In this document: positions 58,678-64,000 of the stretch, piece after piece
Layout: each line of letters opens with the position of its first letter
Position numbering within the stretch: position 1 is the first letter of the stretch
Virus record (IMG/VR): IMGVR_UViG_3300045988_153208
From: a virus
Direction: 5' to 3' (one strand)
DNA length: 64,000 nt
The notes under the pieces: model-generated
Databases searched by the model: none
Seen by the model: the letters and a program-made list of their open reading frames with translations, nothing else
What the model was told of the DNA's origin: nothing
Translations under genes and position numbers: made by a program

Positions 58678-61600
58678 TTAAACAGTCTTTCGACTTGCAT
58701 ATTGACTTGCTTCATTCTCCATCATTTCAAATGCTTCCATAATTTCATTACTATCAGTCACATTCGGGAAATCAGCATTAATAGAAACTTGCTGCATAAA
58801 TTCTTGTGCAATTCTATCAACCCCAAGAGAAGAAGGAATAAGATTAGATAAATAACTCACAATAGTCTAAACATTTAGCCCTATATTTTGTAATATAGTA
58901 GAAATATCTAAACTATCCATTAAAGCAGTATCAATGTTTAATTCATTATTACTCATCCAATCTTCAATTTGTTTATTCATATCTAATTGATCTAACATAT
59001 CTAAATAAGAGAATTGAGAAATATAATCTGGCACTTCAACTGTTTTATTAAAACTCTCAGAATTGTGCTAAGTACTAATTATATTATTTGCTGTTGCAGT
59101 TGAACGAGAATCAATGGCATTTTCATATTTACCATAATCAATACTATTCATTCCAGATAAAGCCGCCATCATTTCATTCATAGTTTTTACTAAAGCTTCA
59201 TTCCGCTTAATCGCACTATCAATTTTAAAAACATAAATAGATTCCCAATCACTCGCTGCTTTAATAACACCATTAAATGATTCTGTGGCATTTTTAACAA
59301 TTTTTTCCATATCTGCTACAGCTTTATCTGATTCACCAGTAATTTTAATCGACCATCCAGAAGCTGCATCAGCAAAACTTCCTTCAATACCTGCTGTACT
59401 ATTAATTTCTTTAATTTTATTTAAATAATCATCAAGTAATTTATTAGAATCAGCAACATAATTATCATGGCTTTTCCAAAATGCGTTAAACATTTCATCT
59501 AATGTAGAATATCCTGTTTTTAATGCCAAAGTAGTCTGATCAAAACTATCAACTAATGCGCCAGAACTATCTTTATAATATGCTACAAATTTTTCATTAG
59601 CATCTTTACTATTTTTAAATACTTCTTCATATTGCTAATGAATCTATTGCATACGTTCATCATAATATTTTTCTAAATCAGCAGCCTATTTCTCGTATTC
59701 AGCTTGAGAAATTTCTCCTTGAGTAAATGATAGCTTTATCGCTGTTAACTTTTCTTGATAGTCAGATTGTAATTGAAGAATATTATTTTCTAATGTTTTT
59801 AAATATTCTTCATTAGCTTTTTGATAAGCATTTAATTTATCTTCATATTCTTGTTCAGCTTCAGCTATTTTATCTTCATTAGCACTATATACATATCCCC
59901 AATTACCATTATTATCACGGGTTAAACGAACAGTTTCATTAGAATTTTGAACATCTTCCAATTTCTATCTTGCTAACTCTAATTCATATTTAGATTGTAA
60001 AATCTTTAAATCATATTCACTAATTTTAGAACCATCTTTTAATTTTTTATTTAACTCATCTTGTAATTTATTTAATGCTTGTTTATGAGGAATAATATTA
60101 GTATCATCAATAGAACCTTCAATCTGACGTCTTAATTTATTTAATTCATAAGTTTTATCAGCATCACTTAAATACTAATCATTTAATTCATTGGCCCTAG
60201 TAATAGCATCTTGCAAAGCTTCAATAGAACCATAAATTGGAGATATACCGTCTTCAAATTCTTTGACAATATTATCCATTTCTTCTTCAAAGATATCGCG
60301 TGCTCTTTCTAAAGCTTCTTGCCAAGTATCTAAGAAATTTTCTTCAGCACTATGGACTTGCTCATCGATTTCTTTTAAACTATCACTCCATTGTTTAATC
60401 CCAATTGAATCTCCATTGGCAACAGCTTTATCATATTGCTCTTGAGCATTAGCACGCATTTGTTTTAATGTCTCTACTTGCTATTTAGCTCCGGCAAGAT
60501 TATTAATACTATTGTTCATTAATGAACGATTTAAATTACGCAATACTAGTTTTGATTGCTCATTTAATTGAGCCCCTAATAATGAAGTAATATCTTTAAC
60601 ACCTTCAAGAATATTTTGATAATGTTCAAATAAATCAATTTGGTCTTGAACATCCTCACTAAATTGATTAAAACTATCAAGGACTTTTTCTTGAATGGTC
60701 GCTCTCATTTCAAGTAATTCTTGATTAGCTTCTAAAATACTAGAACGCCATTCTCGAATTTGATCAATTTCATCTTCAGTGAAATTCTTAGCTTTTAAAT
60801 CATCAACTGTTAATTTGTCAAGCTCTTCAATAGAATTAATACCATGATTATTCAATAATTCCAGCAAACCATCAGAATAAGTTTTAGTTTTTTCTAAGGC
60901 ATTTTCTGCTTTTTCACCAATTAAAGCAATAGCCTCAGCCGCAGAATAAGCATCATCTTCAATTTTACTTAATAAATAATCAAGATATTCCAATTCATCA
61001 TCTTTAACAGCAATTTTAATTTCAATTTTATACTAAGTCTTTTCAAAAATTACATCAGCTAATTCAGTTTGTAAATCATATAATTTTTCCAATTCATCTT
61101 GGCGCAGATTATTAGTTTCTTCATACTATTCTAAAGCTTCAATAAAATCATCATAAGCTTCTTCAGCTGCATTATCAGCATCTTCATTTTTACCAATAGA
61201 TGAATTGTATTTATCAATCTGGCGCTTCATAATTTCATCATAATTAGTAATAACACCAGTTTCATCAAATTCAGCACCATAAGATGCAATTAAAGCTTTA
61301 TCTTCATCCCAATATTTATTAATTTCATCAAGATATTGATTCTATAAATCAATCATTTCATCATATTTCTCAATTTCTTGATCCATTAATTCTAATTTAG
61401 AAGTACCAAATGCTCGCTCTTTAGCTTTTGCTAAATGCTCCATTACTTCTTCTAAATCTTCAATTTTTTGCTTAATTACATGATAACGCTCAATTTCATC
61501 TTTATATTCTTTTGGAGGAGGAGGAGTATATGAACTTCCACCACCACCATTTCCACCTCCGCCATTATTGTTAGTGGCAGTGGGATTAGTAGTTAAATCA

Positions 61601-64000
61601 GTTGTTTTCCCACCATACTCTTTACCCGACCAATCAAGAGTTTTAACTGTTGGCACATTAACCATAGTCGTAGTATCAATAGGAACAACAGATGGAGGAT
61701 CTAAATGATGTCCATGTTCATCAATATTACTAGTATAAACAACTGCTTCTTCGTGTGAAGTAACAGGAGTTGGTTCACTTTCAATTTCTGCATCAAATCC
61801 CATACTAGCAACAAAAGCTTGAGCTTGTTCTGCAGTAAAACCAAAGGCTGAAATCAATGTATTTAAAGAAGCAATTGCTTCAGTTGTATCAAATTTTGGA
61901 TCAAGCTATAATCCATTCGCAGCCTCTTGTATCTAAGTAAAACAAGTATTAATTTCTAACTAAACGCTACTTAAAGAATCTCCAAAAGCTGCTTTTAAAT
62001 CATCTCTACCACTATTAGCTATATTTTGTAAAACTTGATTTACCTATTCCCCAGTTGTATAAAATGAACGCTAAGTTGCAATATTTAATTCCGCTAATGC
62101 TTTTTGGTTACCTTTTGCTACATCGGGCATTAATTTAGCAACTTTACGAGCATATCTTTTATCTTCTTTGTATAATTTTTCAAATGTATCTTTAGATACT
62201 CCAGCTAAATCTGATAAAGCATCAGAATTCTATGCAACAAATTCATCAAAAGCTGCTTCATTTTCTGCATTATATTTTTTAGTAAGACTGGTAGAGTCAT
62301 TCATCCAATCTGAAAATGCTTTTACTTTATCATTACATTTATCCCAAGAACCAGCTAATTCATCAACTAGTTCTTGTCCATGAGTGCCTAATGAGCCCAT
62401 TTCATCTCGTAATTCATTAATCGCTCCAGAATCACCTTCAACAGCCTGTTGTAATTTTCCAAAATTCTCTGTTAAATTATTAGCATCTCCAGCCCAAGCC
62501 TTAAAATCATCTTCAGACATACCGAATATATCAGCGAATGATTCAGAATTACTCGTCAAAAATTCTTGTAATTTTCCAATTTCAGAGGGTAAAGCACTAC
62601 CCTATCCCATATTTTCTAAAGCAGAAGCTTGTTCCTAAATTTTATCTTCATCAAAATTCTATTCATCCCAAGAAGGCTTTAATCGGCTAGCAGCATCAAA
62701 AGCTTTTTGGCTATAAATTTGCTCATCAAAATAATTATCTTGCTAACTCAATCCCCATTGACGAGACTACTCTGCCGCGAAATTCTTCAATATAGTATCA
62801 TAATCAAAAGTAACTTCAGAATTTTCAACAGTTCCGCCATTTTCATCAGTCAATTTTACTGGTATTGTTGTATTACCGCTAGTAAAATCTTGTAACCAAT
62901 TATCTCCTAATTCACTTACTGAATATCCTTGCTATGATAATAGATTTAAAATTTCAGATTCAGTTAATTCATTACCACTATTACTACCACGCGATGCAAT
63001 TATTTTATTTTCATAATCTATAACATCTTGACTAATTAATTCTCCAATACCATTTCGATATTTTTCATCATATCCTGATAAATCTAGTCCTCGTGAAAGT
63101 AATTCATTTAAAACATCATTCTAATAAGAATCAGCTAATCTACTTGTTTCAGCAGTCAATTTTTCTAATGCTTCTCTAGTTTCGTGATTTGAAGTAATTA
63201 ATTTAGCTGTATTTTCATCTAAACCTGCTTTATTTATTAAGTCTTCTTTACTAAAATCAAAACTAGAATCTTTCATAGCAGCTTTAACTACTTTATTTAT
63301 TTCTGATGTTGTTAATGTGTCAGTCGCATTAACAGTATGATAACGATATTCATTAGGTCTAAACTGATATTTTTCTCGCTTTGTTCCTACAACTATGTTT
63401 TCATTTTTCTTTGAAATTTCTCTAGTTTTTGCTTCCAGCTATAACTATTCATCTCTATTGTTCTAAGAATTAACAGCTGTTTGAGCTTTATTCTATTTAT
63501 CAAGAGCCTGCTATTTAATCTTATTCCAACCAGATTCAGTTAAATGCTAAATATTATTAACATCATAATACCAGTCTTCACCTTTTTTAAGTTGAGAATC
63601 AGCATCTGCCATTTTATTATAATTATCAATTAAATCTTGAACTTCATTATTTACATCATATAAAGCTTCTCGCCATTCAGTAGTGCCATATTTTAAATCT
63701 TTAAAAGCATCATATTTACTTGATAAACCATCTAGAGATGAAGTTACTTTCTATACTTCAGAATTAACATTATCTAAATTACTTTGTAGTATTTGTAAAT
63801 CTTCATTAGATTGTTTAAGTTCAGTATTAAAAGATTGAGAACGTTTAACTAATGTATAAATAGCAAATCCAACAGCCGCAATTATTGCAGCAATTAATAT
63901 AAATTTAGCAATTAACGGTAATAAACTTACCTGAACCCCTTTTAAAGCGATATTTAATTCTTGAGTCGCTGCAGTTAATCCTTTAGTTGCTAAAGTATTA
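58678..64000 (-). CDS. Tail tape measure protein, C-terminal about 1770 aa (the 5' end lies beyond the window)
   Basis: Track ORFs 62230-62559, 61342-61857, 60481-60993, 60175-60459, 59686-59961, 59068-59529 and 58678-58860 are all in frame. The gaps 59962-60174 and 60460-60480 were checked and contain TAG only. The sequence is highly alpha-helical, coiled-coil and Glu/Lys/Ala-rich with a Gly-rich GGGGNGGGG stretch. It ends at TAA 58678-80. Confidence 0.7.

Noticed and set aside
381-62895. Other short antisense or overlapping track ORFs (381-629, 1591-1845, 6592-6777, 13476-13793, 14315-14533, 14971-15153, 16981-17331, 19329-19511, 21874-22083, 25202-25384, 27839-28039, 34910-35113, 37079-37297, 40287-40469, 41679-41861, 50336-50524, 55729-55911, 60263-60445, 62168-62383, 62384-62638, 62707-62895).
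   Set aside because: Each is fully embedded on the opposite strand or an alternate frame of a well-supported gene. None has an RBS or recognisable motifs.
22531-64000. The fragmented minus-strand ORFs in the track could be read as pseudogenes or a degraded prophage, or the pieces as separate small genes.
   Set aside because: All interruptions between same-frame pieces are TAG and never TAA or TGA. RBS and ATG occur only at the head of each merged frame. Pieces lack their own RBS. Conserved motifs continue across the TAGs. Recoding explains all of it.

Overview
This window is a strongly AT-rich phage or prophage genome segment with two oppositely oriented modules. Positions 1 to about 22,440 hold + strand early replication and nucleotide-metabolism genes. 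These are a DnaB-like helicase, a DnaG-like primase, a RecJ-like DHH exonuclease, a Dda/RecD-like SF1 helicase, a 1317-aa PHP-domain DNA polymerase III alpha-like protein, a dNMP kinase, anaerobic RNR NrdD/NrdG, dUTPase and a RuvC-like resolvase. A three-gene minus-strand island sits inside this module at 20163-21469. Positions 22,531 to 64,000 hold a minus-strand late tail module. It starts with a partial tape-measure protein of at least 1770 aa and continues with giant baseplate/tail proteins of 2422 and 2720 aa and a battery of at least six fibre or spike proteins.

The main observation is that the supplied standard-code ORF track is systematically fragmented. In-frame stops inside obviously continuous genes are always TAG, and genes terminate only at TAA or TGA. 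The amber codon is therefore reassigned, most likely to Gln (genetic code 15-like). A TAG sits exactly at the conserved Gln of the DnaB 'SQLNR' motif. TAG is rare or absent in core early enzymes and very dense in the late structural genes.

No tRNA, CRISPR array, integrase or rRNA was found. All coordinates for merged genes are my own re-calls and are approximate at starts.
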